A stretch of 64,000 nucleotides of DNA, from assembly GCA_051294375.1 (NCBI GenBank), contig CM119265.1, positions 17,387,172 to 17,451,171 on the forward strand, given 5' to 3'. A program made the position numbers and the translations under genes. The notes under the pieces are model-generated. The model worked only from the letters and a program-made list of their open reading frames with translations. It was not told where the DNA came from and searched no databases. Shown piece by piece: positions 1 to 13,165 of this stretch; the first letter of the stretch is position 1; each line of letters starts with the position of its first letter. Source of the DNA: Paraspadella gotoi (Eukaryota > Animalia > Chaetognatha).

Positions 1-131
1 TGATCCTTTTTTAGAAATTATTCTTAAAGAAATTAAACTTAAATTAATTTATATTGTCATTGTGATAAATTTTAAATTGAAGAGTATTTGTTAGTGCTTT
101 TTGTTCTACTAGTACTTCATTTTAAAATTAA

Positions 132-3100
132 ATGGATGAGCCATCGGTTCCTGGAGAGGAAGAATTAATTTTGTGTGATCGAATTCCTGTGCTTGATTCT
201 TTTGGAAAAAACGGTAGGAATGGCTGCTACTTGTAATGTTCTATTAGCAACTCATATTATAAAATGAGGTACCCCTTTTTGTGACCAGAATCTGTTTCAA
301 CTAAACTAACGATTGAATTTTATGATATTTTATATACATGACGATATAAATGAAACTATCGAGGCGAATTTTGATATTCAACCCCTGGGGCTTGGGGCCA
401 AAAGAGGCTAAAATTTTTTTTCTTCATATTTTAGTATTTTTTAGTAGCATCAAGGTGCATTGATGTCTTAAACACGTGTTCTGGTCACAAAAAACGGTAC
501 CTCATTTATAATATGAAGCATTCTGTACTTTTGCGTATTACTATGAAATTGGTACAACCAATATAATATGTTTGTTCTTATTGTTTGTTCTTATATTTAG
601 AACCTCTCCCTGCTCGTTCAACTAAAGTGGTTCCGAAGGCCGGCTTACCCCTAAATATTTCGCCAATCGTACCGCTGTTATCCATCCCTTTCATTCCGGT
701 GGCTAAACCTCCTCCTCCAGAAGTTGATTCCTGGAAATATCGGGGAGATTCTTCGCATTTTCTTCCTGATTCGCCATTGATGGATCCTTCAGGGGGTGGA
801 TCGCGTAAAAATCGTGAATACGCGTGGCCCTCTTCGGAAAAATTACCACTCGATGTGGAGGAAGGATTGGTCGAAATCGATGATACTACTTTGAAGGACG
901 TCAACATCAAGTTAGACAAAAATGATGTACCATACAAAAACTATCATCGCAGGTCAAGAGACAGGTCACGGGGCAAAACCGGGAAAAACAGCAGATCTCG
1001 AGAGCAGGATCTTTATGCAGACACGAGAGCGGCGGAGCGAGACTACGAAAAGGCCAAGTCTGCATACGAATTGGCCGTCAGCATCTGGAAGGACCAGTCG
1101 TCCAAATATGCGGATGGCATTCCCGAAGACAATCCTCTATCTCAAGCGGTTCAGATCGCAAAGCGTCGAATGAATGACCGAAAAGGCGACTTTAACAAAT
1201 TATTGAAAGATCCAGATTATTTTCGACGAAGACGTTCTGAACGTGGGCGGCGATCGAGATCCAGCAGCTCTAGCTCTTCACGCTCACGGTCACGATCGCG
1301 TTCTCGCGAAAGACCTAAGTTGAAGAAGGTCTGGAGCAACAGCAGAGGCCGATATATTTTCAGCAACCCTTCGAACTCTTCCAGATCGCCCTCACCTGTT
1401 GCCAAATTACCAGATACAAAGACGTTTGGAAAAGTAATGAATCAATTAAATCAAGGCTCTGTTGGATCTGTATACCAGCCCTTCTTTCATCCATCTGTTC
1501 CCCCTCCAATGATGAACTTAGCTCTGCCCCGACCAATTATGGCCGGTTTTCCACCTTTTTCATACCATCCTGGATTTCCCCCTCCTAATTTTAACGCTCA
1601 ACCCCTCCCGCCTGTGTTTCCACCGACTGGTCTGCCGCCTGTCCCACCGCCTGTCCCACCGCCTGTCCCACCGCCTAGTTTATCGGGGACCGGCTTGCCC
1701 CCAGTGCGACCTTCCGGTCTACCTAACGGACCTCCCCCATTTTTCCCTCCAACAGCGCTTTCACTCCCGGGCGTCGAGACTATTCCATTTCATACGCCCA
1801 CTTCTGTCCATGCCCCTCTCTCAGCCCTTGTCCCAAGTTCAATGCCTGATCCCGCTCCAGTTCCTGCACCCCTTCCACATCTTGTTTCTACACCAGGAGT
1901 CGGTTATCAAAGCGACAAATCTGACTCTCCCGAATTAGAGACGGCTGTTGCGCAATCCTCAAAAATATCTAACGATAGTAAAAATAAACCCATATCAATC
2001 CAGTTGAATTTCCAAAAAAATCCAGTTACTAAGTCAGAAACTAATAATTTAGGGACAAATTCTAAGCTTGACGCCTCTAGTGCTCCGTTTACTCGAGACC
2101 CCGACAAAAAGTGGAAGTTGTTAGCCGAGACAATCGAAACACAAACACTATTTCTCATGAGACGAGTTTATACTCCCAGGGTTAAGACTGTGATTGCTAA
2201 AAATTCCCAACTCTGTGAGATTGGCATACGGACTAACGAAGCCTACTTTCTTTGTTTTTACCCTCAAAGACATCAATCTAAGAGTCAGCAGATGCTCATG
2301 ATGTCCGAGTCGGAGAGAAAGAAAAAAATTTTTGAGCTTTTACGTCAAGAGGGGGGTTTGCTCGTTGATTCATCAGCCACATCGGAACTGGTGATCCAAC
2401 CGGTCAAGGATTCACCCAACCCTTTCGAGACGTGGTCCCATTATCAGATAAAGTTCAAAAATTCCGAAGATTACGTTCGAGCTTTCAAACTTGGTTCAAT
2501 TTTTCCCATCCAGTGGTACGATCTTTGCTCAGTTCTCATTCATTGGCCGCAAATATTTAAGAGTGAAAAGGAAGAAGAATTCTGGATTGAAGGCTTAAAG
2601 ACTCTTCTCTCCGAAATGGGTAGCATCGGTCTTAGTTTACAATTGGCGGAATTTGCTTCGAAAGAAAGGATCGTTTCTAGCAAATTTCCCTTGGTCCGAG
2701 TGATCAGGCTGCCCTACGAAATTTGTCTATACGCCACGTTTGTTTTTCCAGAGATAGTTGATGTATTGGCCAACATGAGGTTAGAATTTCGTAACGTGCC
2801 TCTAGGATTTAGACGAGTTCGAGCCTCCCGCGAAGCATACCAGCGCTCATTGAAAGAGGGTCTCCCGCTCGAAGTGACGCTGGTAGAGCGACAGAGCAAA
2901 TCCTTAGAAATTCCTCCCGACTTCAAAACGATAGAAGGTCCGGGCGCCCTTACGAGAGAATTTTTGAAATTACCCAAGTTTGAAGAATCGGATCCTCCCA
3001 AAACCATCTCGCAAAGCAGATCTCGATCGCCAGAAAGTCAGGGAAAGAACATTTCTCCGTCTCTGTTGACGAATATGGCTCGGAGCTCAGTTTGCGGTTC

Positions 3101-3521
3101 GAGTCGTTCTCTTGACCAGTTCGTTAATGTAAATTCAAACAAAGCTGCTCCAATTACTAAAGAATTACGCGGGGATAGTAGGAATGTTATCGTCGAAAAA
3201 CGGCCTGACAATCGCGAAGGTCGCTGTACCGTTTCCAAGGAAGAAGTTAAATTTCTCATCGCCTCTTCGGCAGACAAAAAGCCTTTGTGTAGTGAAGAAG
3301 TAAAAAAATACTTTAGTAACTTTGGACGCATATCCTGGTGCGTTCAATCGGGGGCTAATGTGGCAGCAGCCGCTTTCGCTTTTGAAGACACCAAGATTTC
3401 GTATAATGTTCTTCAATATGGACATAGGGTTCACAAAAGACCTCTTTGGTTGCAAGGGATGGGTGAAGGAGGAAAGCCCGTGGGAAAACCGACGGTCGCT
3501 AGAGAAATGAATGATCATTGA
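132..3521 (+). CDS. RS-rich/Pro-rich protein (~1000 aa) with possible degenerate C-terminal RRM; function unknown
   Basis: Exon 1 132-213 (MDEPSVPGEEEL...) joins in frame via a GT-AG intron to the long ORF from 601. Contains an RSRSRSRSRE tract, a poly-Pro region and a C-terminal 'EEVKKYFSNFGRI...AAFAF' RRM-like pattern. Confidence 0.75.
252..518. mobile_element. MITE-like fold-back element in intron 1
   Basis: About 38-nt imperfect terminal inverted repeats: tcatattataaaatgaggtacc...gtgaccagaa / ttctggtcac...ggtacctcatttataatatga. Confidence 0.7.
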
Positions 3522-3816
3522 TTTTTCTTTTTTTGAAACAAAATTTTGGTCATAACTTATTTGAGTTTTTTTTTTTTTTTTATTTTGAACGAAATTTTTG
3601 TTACATCTTCTTCCATAGAATTCTTTCTAGGTGAATAAAAAGACACTCTACTGCCTCCAAAAAAGAGCAAAAATTCTACATATATTCACAAACATAAGTT
3701 ATGACAATTTATTGATTTTATTTTTCTTCCTTATTAAATTAATTTTATTTCTAGATCACAAAAAATAGTGGAAACCAACTTTTTTAGCAAAACCAAACTA
3801 TACCCATCATCTAATA

Positions 3817-4994
3817 ATGGATGTGTTTCTGATGGTTAGAAGAAAGAAATGCACGATTTTTACTGATGCAAAAGAAAACACGTCGGTGATGGAATTAAAG
3901 AAAATGGTTGAGGGAATCCTCAAGTATGCGCCCGACGATCAACGGTTAGTATTTAATTCATTTTATTATTTCAAAGTAGTTGCTAAAAAAATGTACATAT
4001 TTATGTATGATTTTAATAAAGATTAACAATTTCACATACATGGTTTTAACTTTTAATATATATTTACAGTAGGGTGAAGTAAAAGTTTGGAATCAAAATT
4101 TAGCAGTTATATCTTGAAAACTATCATATTAGTGAATATTAATCTGTAGTTTTTTTGGTTTTTTTTATAAATATAGTAGCCCAGTCAGCTTATTCTGTAT
4201 ATAGTACTACTCTTATATAATGTTAAAATTTCAAAATGTTTTTTTTTAATTCTGAGAACAGATTAAGATTCTTCGTTAAAAGTTGATAGATCTATAAATC
4301 TTTTACAAAAAATATGTCATTAATTAAGTTAAAATTACAAAAAACTATATTTTTAAGCTGGAAATTAAAAATCGGCGTTTTAAATATAGTTTTTTTTATA
4401 TTTTTTACCAACTTAATGAACGAATTTTTAAAAAAGAATTATACTTTCTTATATCAACTTTTTGCAAGGAATCCAAATCCGATCTTAAAATTAAAAAAAT
4501 TTGCATTTTGAAATTTTAGCCTATTATATACTTATTATTATATTTAAATATAGCTCACTAGTGCCAACTAATGTATAAAATTAAAAAATAAATTTACCAA
4601 AATATTTTTATTGGTTATGTTCATGTTTTATTTGCTAAATTTTAATTTTTTAAAATCACATCACACTAATGTACAAAACTACAGATACATGGGTTATATT
4701 TAAAAATACCTATAATAGCAGTACTCGTAATGCAAAATCCGTTACCCCCGCCTGTATAGATTGTATAAGGACGATACGATTTTGGACGAAACTAAAACTC
4801 TCGCCGAATGTGGGTTTACCAGCCAGACGGCGCGGGCCCAGGCGCCTGCAACCGTAGGCCTTGCTGTTAGAGACGGCGAGATCTGGGAGACGCTGGACGT
4901 GCAGAGTTATTCCACGCCCCCGGAGTTGCCTGACGTCATGAAGCCACAGGAGGCATCGACGGCCTCTCATCCTGCGGAGCTTGAAAAATCCTGA
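3817..4994 (+). CDS. ELOB: Elongin B (2 exons: 3817-3944, 4760-4994)
   Basis: [20 protein letters not shown]...DQR|[35 protein letters not shown]...[11 protein letters not shown] closely matches Elongin B; GT-AG intron keeps the frame. Confidence 0.97.
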
Positions 4995-5314
4995 AAAATT
5001 TATTTTTCTTCGACAATAAAAAAAATTAAAATAATCTCTTATAAAATTTTGTAAAAATGTTTTCGTGTTTTTCCCATTTTATTCGAAGAAATAATGATAA
5101 GACAGAAATTTTTTATTTTGTAGTTGTAGGAAATAGGAGATTTCCTCCTCTTCGTTTGGAGTTTCATTTCTGAAGGATTTTTATAAAAGCGTAGTTGTCA
5201 ATTTCCCTTTCTATATTTTTACTAAATGTTACATTTTAGTTAGTTTTGACCAAATCTCAATTTTTCTCTATACTGAAACGAAAGATAAACAGGTGCTGTT
5301 GAATTTGGGTAGGA

Positions 5315-5955
5315 ATAGGGGTAGCACCAGTCAATGGGGCGAGTCAAAAATTTAGAATAATTACATGCTCAAACGAAAATTTATACATTTTGAAGTATAC
5401 TTTCGATGGACAAAACATGTCTTATATGGCTCTATACCCAAATAATTAATTTTTAAATATTTATTTATAGATAGAAAAGGCCAAAATTTTTTTTATAACT
5501 TTTAAATTTTAAGACCAGATTCAGTTAGCTCATAAAAAGTTGTCTACACAAAGTATAATTCTTTTTTAAATATTTTCCTGATAAGTGAGTCAAAAATAAG
5601 AAAAACCGTAAATAAAAAATTATCATCATCATCTTTCGATCATTTTATCGGTTTTTTTTTTATTTTCACTTAGAAAACGTAAGAATTTTTAAAAGCTGTA
5701 ATTATATTTCTTGTTTAACTTTTTATGCTCTATCAGAATCCATCAAAAAATTTTAAGATTTCAAAAAAAAAAAATTTTAATGTGAAAAAAGACAAGTAAT
5801 ATTTAATGTATTAATCAAGACGTATAATGTAATTTTTTTGTGAAAATGATTGCCTAAAATTTAGGCTAAATATTTAGGCTAAATATTTAGTCAACTAAAA
5901 AAACTTTGCTAATAGTCGAAATTTTATATTATCTCCGGAGTTGGTCCCTAGTAGG
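5315..5955. mobile_element. Non-autonomous DNA element, family shared with 10.7-11.3 kb and 56.5-57.1 kb
   Basis: Shares long blocks (tgctcaaacgaaaattt, ttgtctacacaaagtataattc, tttatgctctatcagaatccatcaaaaaa) with the other copies. Boundaries approximate. Confidence 0.6.
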
Positions 5956-6105
5956 AAATAAAATGCTTAACAGTATCATTTATTTTGGTAAAATTGTTCG
6001 TTTTAATACACACCAGAGCAATGTGTTTAGTATGAAAATACTTCATTGATCTTAATCTTATGTATATTATAATAATTTTATACTTTATAGTCTCAGTAAA
6101 TTTTT

Positions 6106-6301
6106 AACAGCTGTATTAGGAAAAACAGTTTTTAAGGTCAACAACGATTTATTATTGGATATAAGTCGGACAAGTTTCAACTCTTTATTAAGAGTCTTCT
6201 TCAGCGATTTTTAATAATCAACAATTTTCTCTCTTTAACAAAACTGTTTTTCCTAATTTACAAACACAACGAAAAGAAAGAATCATAACAACAGCTGTAT
6301 T
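6106..6301 (-). mobile_element. Small fold-back element carrying a minimal hammerhead ribozyme (Penelope-like derived)
   Basis: 12-nt direct repeat AACAGCTGTATT at both ends, internal inverted repeat ttaggaaaaacagtttt/aaaactgtttttcctaa, and a hammerhead core on the minus strand. Confidence 0.7.
6163..6210 (-). ncRNA. Minimal type I hammerhead ribozyme
   Basis: Minus strand reads aatcg CTGAAGA a GACTCTT aata AAGAGTT GAAA cttg TC cgact: CUGANGA and GAAA core, stem II, GUC cleavage triplet, imperfect stem I. Confidence 0.75.
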
Positions 6302-7027
6302 TTAATGACAAGAAAATTAATTTTCAATTTTTATAAAAATATTCTGATTTCTTAAATTTAATTTAGATTTAATTTAAAATGAGCCATGAAAAATCTTTGA
6401 ATTGATACTGGGTTGCTTCAAAAGTTTATAGCAAAAAAGATTGTCAAATGGGTTCTTTAACAGAATAGATTTTCAATATAGTTTTTTTTTTTGTATATTT
6501 TTAAGCTATTCTCATATTTTTTAATAATAAGTTTTTTTAAATAATTCAGAAAATTATAAGTATAAGCATTTTTAACGTCAATCATGGTTTTATCACAAGC
6601 TCAAATTTGTTGCGTCTGTTTCTTACCAATTTCAGCGTGCACACATACTGTAAAATGTGTGGTTGGCTTTTATGCCTGGTCTAAAGATAGTTCAAGAATC
6701 CGGTAAAGTTTGTTAACCTAGTTTTTATAAATATTAACTTTCAGTTAAATTTAACGATCTCGGTAGATACTGATAGGTCTGAACTGGAAGTATAGTTTCA
6801 TTGTAGTTTAAATTACTCGATACTGAAGCACCAAATTTATAATTAAATTGATGCTTTAAAGGAGAAAAGATTCGATTTTATTTTAATATTAAATGGTGTT
6901 TGAACTACAGAAATTTGTCTCCTCCATTTTTATTTAATATTTATGTTGAATATATTGATTAAAACAAACAAAATGTGTATAATCTGTTGAAAAATTCATA
7001 CCCTCATTAGTTGTTTTTTTTTACTGT

Positions 7028-8129
7028 ATGAAAAGTATTGGACAACAGAAAATGAACTTATACGAGAGTGTAACACACTTTACTGGTTACTTACTGAATG
7101 ACCTCGGAATAGAAACAGCATATCTCAAATTCATCTTACACGTGAATTGGAGCTATTCGTGGATATTTAAACCGGTGTTTCTAACCGTTTTTCTCTTCCC
7201 ATTTCTGGTGGTACTCTTTCTATACTCAACAGCGATATTCTTACACGTTTATAAACGCCGTCACCAAATCAAAGCTGTTTTTCAAAACTCGAACGTTCTC
7301 GACAAATGGGATTGGGCACGATATACCTTGGCTACTCTGTGGGAAGCGCATGGCTCCATTTGGCACGGTTACGAAATTCAGGCAAGGGTTCTGCTTTTGG
7401 CCTTGTTCGTTTCTTCTTTTATCTTATTTAATTTTAATATTTTATCCTCAGGGTTTTGAAAAAATTCCAGCTATTGGACCGGCGCTCCTCGTTTTCTACC
7501 ATGGAACGTTCCCCATTGACACTTATTATTTCATTGCTAAGGTTTTGTCACAAAAACAAAGACAAATAAGAACAGTCGGTGATCGATTTATGTTTAAAAT
7601 TCCCGGATGGCGTTTGTTTATGGAAGTTTTTCGAGTACTTCCCGGCTCCATAGACACCTGCGTGGACATTTTAAAAAACGGTCATCTTCTGATGATTTTG
7701 CCTGGCGGCGCTCGAGAAGCCCTCTTCGGCGATGAGACGTATCAAATTCTGTGGGGCGAGCGACTAGGGTTCGCCAAAGTCGCTCTACGCGCCAACGTTC
7801 CCATAATCCCGATCTTCACTAGAAATTGTCGCGAGGCCTTCCGGACTATTAGTTGGGGAAGAAGAATTTTAAAGCGACTGTACGAGGTCATCCGCTTTCC
7901 GTGCGTTCCAATGTATGGAGGCTTTCCCGTGAAACTAGTCACTTGCATTGGCGATCCTATTCCGTACGACACATCCCTCACGGCCGAACAACTCGCCGAA
8001 ATTGTGAAAGAAAGAATGGCTCAGCTCATTCAAAGAAATCAACAAATTCCGGGAAGCATTTTGAGAGCGCTTATCGAGCGTCTTCCTAGTCAGGGCCCTG
8101 GTTGGCCGTCAGTAACTGCGTCCGCCTAG
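7028..8129 (+). CDS. TMEM68: TMEM68 (DGAT2-like acyltransferase); intron 7382-7451
   Basis: WHGYEIQ|GFEKIPAIGPALLVFYHG...PGGAREALF...W..RLGFAKVA...YGGFPVKL motifs. The start could be 7028 or 7052. Confidence 0.92.
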
Positions 8130-8284
8130 TAATATTATTTATTAAATAATACTAATTAAACTCTTAGGAAAAAAATAGGCGAAGATCGTATTTGTCTTCC
8201 AATTTTTAGTCAGTGATTAATGATTTAGTGATTTACTTACCCCCTGAAATTGTACAATTTTTTTTCCCCCTTTTTTAAAAATTT

Positions 8285-8690
8285 TTAGTCATATCTGTTT
8301 ATCAGCAGATAATAATTCTATAATTCACTTTGTCGGTCCCTCCCCTAAATCTTGTCGGTAAATAATTGTTATGTCAGAACATCGAGTTATGTTAAATTAT
8401 GCAAAAAAAATTATCCATCCGTCCCCCCTTCAATTACTCGTGATTGGATGGATTGATTGGAATGAAATTTTGTGTGTGGGTGGGAAAGTGTATGATTGAG
8501 CTGAATATAAAGTGGAGTGGAAATGAATTTAAAAGGAAAAAATATTACTCATAATTATTATATTTATTAAAAATTGGACAGATAAATTGAAATGAAATTT
8601 TGTGTGAGGGTAGGAAAGTATGTGATTAAGCGGGATATAAATTTTTTATGGAATCGTAGGAGTGGAAAAGAGTTTAAAATATAAAACCAA
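8285..8690 (+). mobile_element. HINE/DINE-1-like non-autonomous repeat (related copies ~12105-12395 +, ~12940-13135 -, ~60900-61035 -, ~61870-62040 -)
   Basis: Shared core aattcactttgtcggtcc...atgtcagaacatcga...ccgtcc microsatellite...aaattttgtgtgtgggt...gattgagctg. Classification is by resemblance only. Confidence 0.6.
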
Positions 8691-8749
8691 AAGATATATT
8701 TATTTTATTTTTTCAAACTTTTTTTCTACGTATTTCTTTCTGATTGATT

Positions 8750-8845
8750 GATTGATTGACCAAATTATGTCAGTTGACCAAATTATGCTGGTTGAGCAAA
8801 TTATGCTGGTTGAGCAAATTATGAAAGTTGACCAAATTATACAAG
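8750..8845. repeat. Short 18-nt tandem repeat
   Basis: About 5 copies of gttga(g/c)caaattatg(ctg). Confidence 0.8.
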
Positions 8846-10702
8846 TTGGTACTGGCACAGCTACTCGTAATGATTGATAGATCAATTGATTTATAGATTT
8901 TTTATTTGATTTATTAAGTGTGTTAAGATTTGTTATGATCACAAATTGAGAGTCAGAAAAATTACTATGATTTATAATCGGATTAGCTTATTACCGCTTA
9001 ATTATCGTAGGCAAAACCGACATTGTTTGCTCAAACTATTTTTTTTTTTATCTATTTAACTTTTCCTTCCTACTAGGAGGATTTGTCTCCTACTTTCTTT
9101 ACTAAGATAGATTCCTCCATAAATTTTTAAATTTGTCAGAACGTTTTCTCTTTTTTCCATATTTTTTTGACACGCTAAACGTTTCTCTGATTACTCAAAT
9201 TTCATGAAAAAAATAAAAATTAATAGTACCAATAGTTATTGTTATGTCTCGAATAGATGGAAAAAAAACCTCGTTTAAAAATTCGATCGGGAAGTGGGGT
9301 AACTAAGGTTTACCAATGGCATCCTCCACGCCAATCGTTCTCTCAAATAATTTTTTTTATTTAATACATTTGAAAGGGAAAAAAAGAAAATTCAGAATGC
9401 AGGTTGCAAGAAGGGTACAGATAATATGGACATACTGACATGATAATCATGACCTTTTATGTCTTGTGAAAGGGGCAGTAAAGAAACCTAAAAAATTCGA
9501 TCATTAGAGTCAGTCAATGAACCCTTTCCAATGGGCTATTCCGCGAATTTTTTTTTCTTAATTTAAACGGATGATAAGTAATAGAATTAAATTCCTTGTA
9601 TAAAGGTTGTTATATTTAAAAGAAAATTATCAATACAAATAAACACAATGATGTCTTGCTTTGTCAAATATGTCACCAGCTATGTAATTTTTTAAAATTT
9701 TATTATGATAAAAAGCAGCGTGTCAAGCTTTTTGTTTGCAGTTGAAGATAATGGAAAATGACAATTTTTTTTTCACGGACAAGAAGGTAGATGTCCAGAC
9801 TCTTTATATCAATCTGAATTATATTGTATTTATCATTTTTTCATATTTAAAAAAACATTTCATCCAGCTACTTCATAAATTTTTGCTTGTTTTTTACTTT
9901 AACTAAAAAATACAAGCAAATTTATAGAGTAGAGCAATTTAATGATAATCAAAATGTAATTTAGTCTTTCCTTTTTCAAATTACGAAAGAAGCAAAAAAA
10001 TTTCACAAGCCTTCATTGAAATTTTTAATGCAAAAATTGTTATACTTTTACTCCGATTTAAATAAAAGCTGTGTAAAGATTTATGGATAAAATTTAATAA
10101 AACTATTTCAGAGAGGTGTCCCATGATTAGGGCTTTAATTTAATACCTCACCCACTTTCCTACCTCTTTTCTTTCCAAAGTTTATTCAAGAAAATAACTT
10201 TTTTTACCGTGAGAGAACTAAGGATTTGAACTACGCAGTACAAATCTTTGAAATAAAAATTTCGGCAAAGCGGGAGTATCTCAATTTATCCTATTGGTAC
10301 AATACCTAAATTTTAAAATAAAACTTAAAGAAAAATTTTCCGTCCTCTAGAGACATCACTTTCAGGTTTACCTATCGTCTTACACATTTAAGGATTATGC
10401 TGGAAGAAATCAGCAAAACGTTTTCTCTTTTTTTAAAAATAGTTTGTAAGCTGCGCGTCAGAAATCTAAGAAGAAACTCGAAAATTTTATTCTGACAAAT
10501 TTTGCCTTTCAAGGCTAACGTTTTATGACTATATCTCGGAAACCATTGTAGGAATTTAAAACGGTTTTTTGCAAGTGAACATTGATATCATCCTCCAGGG
10601 ACCGGCATAAAAATATATAAAAAAATAAACTAATATTGGCTCTCGAGTGAGGTATCTAACTAAGAGCATTTTCCCTTTGTTTTCAGCTTATTTTACTAGA
10701 GT

Positions 10703-11280
10703 AGGAGTAGCCTCACTCAGTAAGGTGGTTAAGAAATTTGAATAAAGCACCTGCTCAAACGAAAATTTAAACATTTTTGAAAAAAATTGAATGGGCAAAA
10801 AATTTTAATATTACTCCATACCCCATATATTAATTTTTTAATATTTATTTTTTTTAGGATTCAGGTAGCTTGCAAAGTATAATTCTTTTTTCGATATTTT
10901 GATCATAAGTGGGTGAAAAATATGAAAAACTATTTATAATCATCATCTTCATCATCTTTCAATAATTTTGTTTTTTTTTTAATTTTCATCATGAAAACAT
11001 AAGAATCTTTGAAAGTTCTAGTTATATTTTTTATTTAACTTTTTATCCTCTATCAAAATCCATCAAAAAAGTTAAGATTTATTAACAACAATAAAAGCAT
11101 TAAAATCTAACTTTTTAAAAAAAAATCTTTTTTTACCTGAAAATAGACTTCAAGACTAAAGTTTTGAACCCCCGCCCCTATTGAATTTAATTTCATAGTA
11201 GATTTCTAACTAGAGGGCTCTAAAAAAGCTTTTATAAGACAAAAGAATATTTAAAATAAACTTTATCTGCACCCACTAGA
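10703..11280 (+). mobile_element. Non-autonomous DNA element; inverted copy at ~56480-57102
   Basis: actcagtaaggtggttaagaaatt...gttttgaacccccgcccctattgaatttaat recurs as its reverse complement at 56.5-57.1 kb. Confidence 0.7.
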
Positions 11281-13165
11281 TCTTTACTTGTACTTGCTCT
11301 TGAACAAAATTGCAATTGTTTTTTTTTTAATTTTTATTATTTTAAATCTTTTAAAAATTATTTTTTTTAATATAAGTATTTTTTTATTATTCTATTTTAT
11401 TTTATTCTATTTCTTATGCTATGTCTTAATCAAAGCATTTTAATTATATATCATATATTGAAACAAAATAATATTGTTTTAATTTATAAAATATTTTTGC
11501 AAGTACCGAAATACAATCAGTGCAGTTCAGTTTAAGCCCTTGAAAGTGATTTACATGTATTGGCGCAACCTATGGTTACGTGAATGCTTGAATTTTCAAT
11601 CTGTGATGTTGACCGTCATTATACAGGCCTTTTTGATAAAACCTAATCCTTATTGTGCTATACATTACCAATGATTTATATATTCTGATCTTTAGATATT
11701 TGGATATTTGAATATTTGAAGGATGAAATATCCTCTTGTCTTCACGCCATCAAATTTTTAAAAAGGTCGGTACCCTTTTCCGCTTACGTAAAAATCTTTA
11801 GACAAAATATTTGGGGTTTATTGATCGGTAAGCAGCGAAACAGATTATAAGTTATGATTATTAATATGCGATTTTATTCGAATACAACAGTACAATCAAT
11901 ACAATCATCATCAACAAACAAACATAGACAAAGTCTGAGCAAACGAAAAACATAATAAAATAAAGAAAATTCATTTTTATTTAATATATTTCACCAACAA
12001 TATTCATAATTTAGTTTATGAAATTGTTACAACCAATATAAAATTTTGTAGTTTTAATTCTGGTGATAATTAGGAGGCTATAATAACCAAAGAAGCCAGT
12101 GGATTTTGGCCGCATCTGTTACCACAGATTCCGGCTCTGATTCACTTTGTCGGTTCGTCGGTCCGTCCCCGCAATCATGTCGTAAAGTCAATTTAATCAT
12201 GTCAGAACATCGAATTGTGATAAATTATGCCAAAAAATTAATGTCCGTCATTCCTTATGTCAGTCTGTCCGTCCGTCCCTCTGAGTGTATAGGGCGATTG
12301 ACTTCAAATTTTGTATATGGGTAGGAAAGTGTGTGATTGAGCTGGAATTCAAGTTTCGATGGAATCGTCGAAGTGGAAATGGGGGGGGGGAACCTGTTTT
12401 ACTAATTTATTATTCTTTTTTGATATATATGTAAATGTAAATACAAGCTGCATTAATTAATCAAATAATTAATTAATTGATCAATCCATCAATCAATTAA
12501 TTTATCAATTAATCAATCAATCAGTCAATTAATCGTCGGTCTTATTTTCGTCGTCGCAATCGTCGTCTTTGCTTTTGTAGTGTACAGTGACAAAAAGACC
12601 TAAAAACAAATGTTTGAGCAAATAAAGCCGGATATGACTAAATAATTATTTGGCATTGTGTGCTCAAACTTAATATCGGGAGATATTAATATTGTAAATC
12701 TTTTTTTCCGATTTTTTTGGACCTCTCGTTGTGGAGGGGTCTTAGAAAACACCACCAAATTACACCCCTTTTTTGTTTAATATGTTCGCCTTTTAAGAAT
12801 TACGCGGATTCTGACTGCCGCTTTTAATTTCTTCTTAAATACAAATTTCACCCTTGGCCTCGTCTCAAGATTGTCAGAATCGCGTCAAAAACTGGCCAAA
12901 TTAAATAGTTAATAGTTAAGCGTAATTTTTTTCCACCTAAACTTATTTCCACTTGGACGATTCCGTCGAAACTTTATTTCCAGCTTAATCACATGATTCT
13001 CAACCCACACACAAAATTTCAGGTCAATCGTCATATCTATACATTAGTATTCGGTGTTCAAAGCTAATGGTGGGATTTATGGGACGGACCGACAAAGTGA
13101 ATTAGAGAGCTGCTGTAAGCAGATCCGGCTAAAAATATGTCCTATCGATCTTCAATTCCGATTAA

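Noticed and set aside
1636-1676. 12-nt tandem repeat ccgcctgtccca x3
   Set aside because: It simply encodes PPVP repeats in a Pro-rich region.
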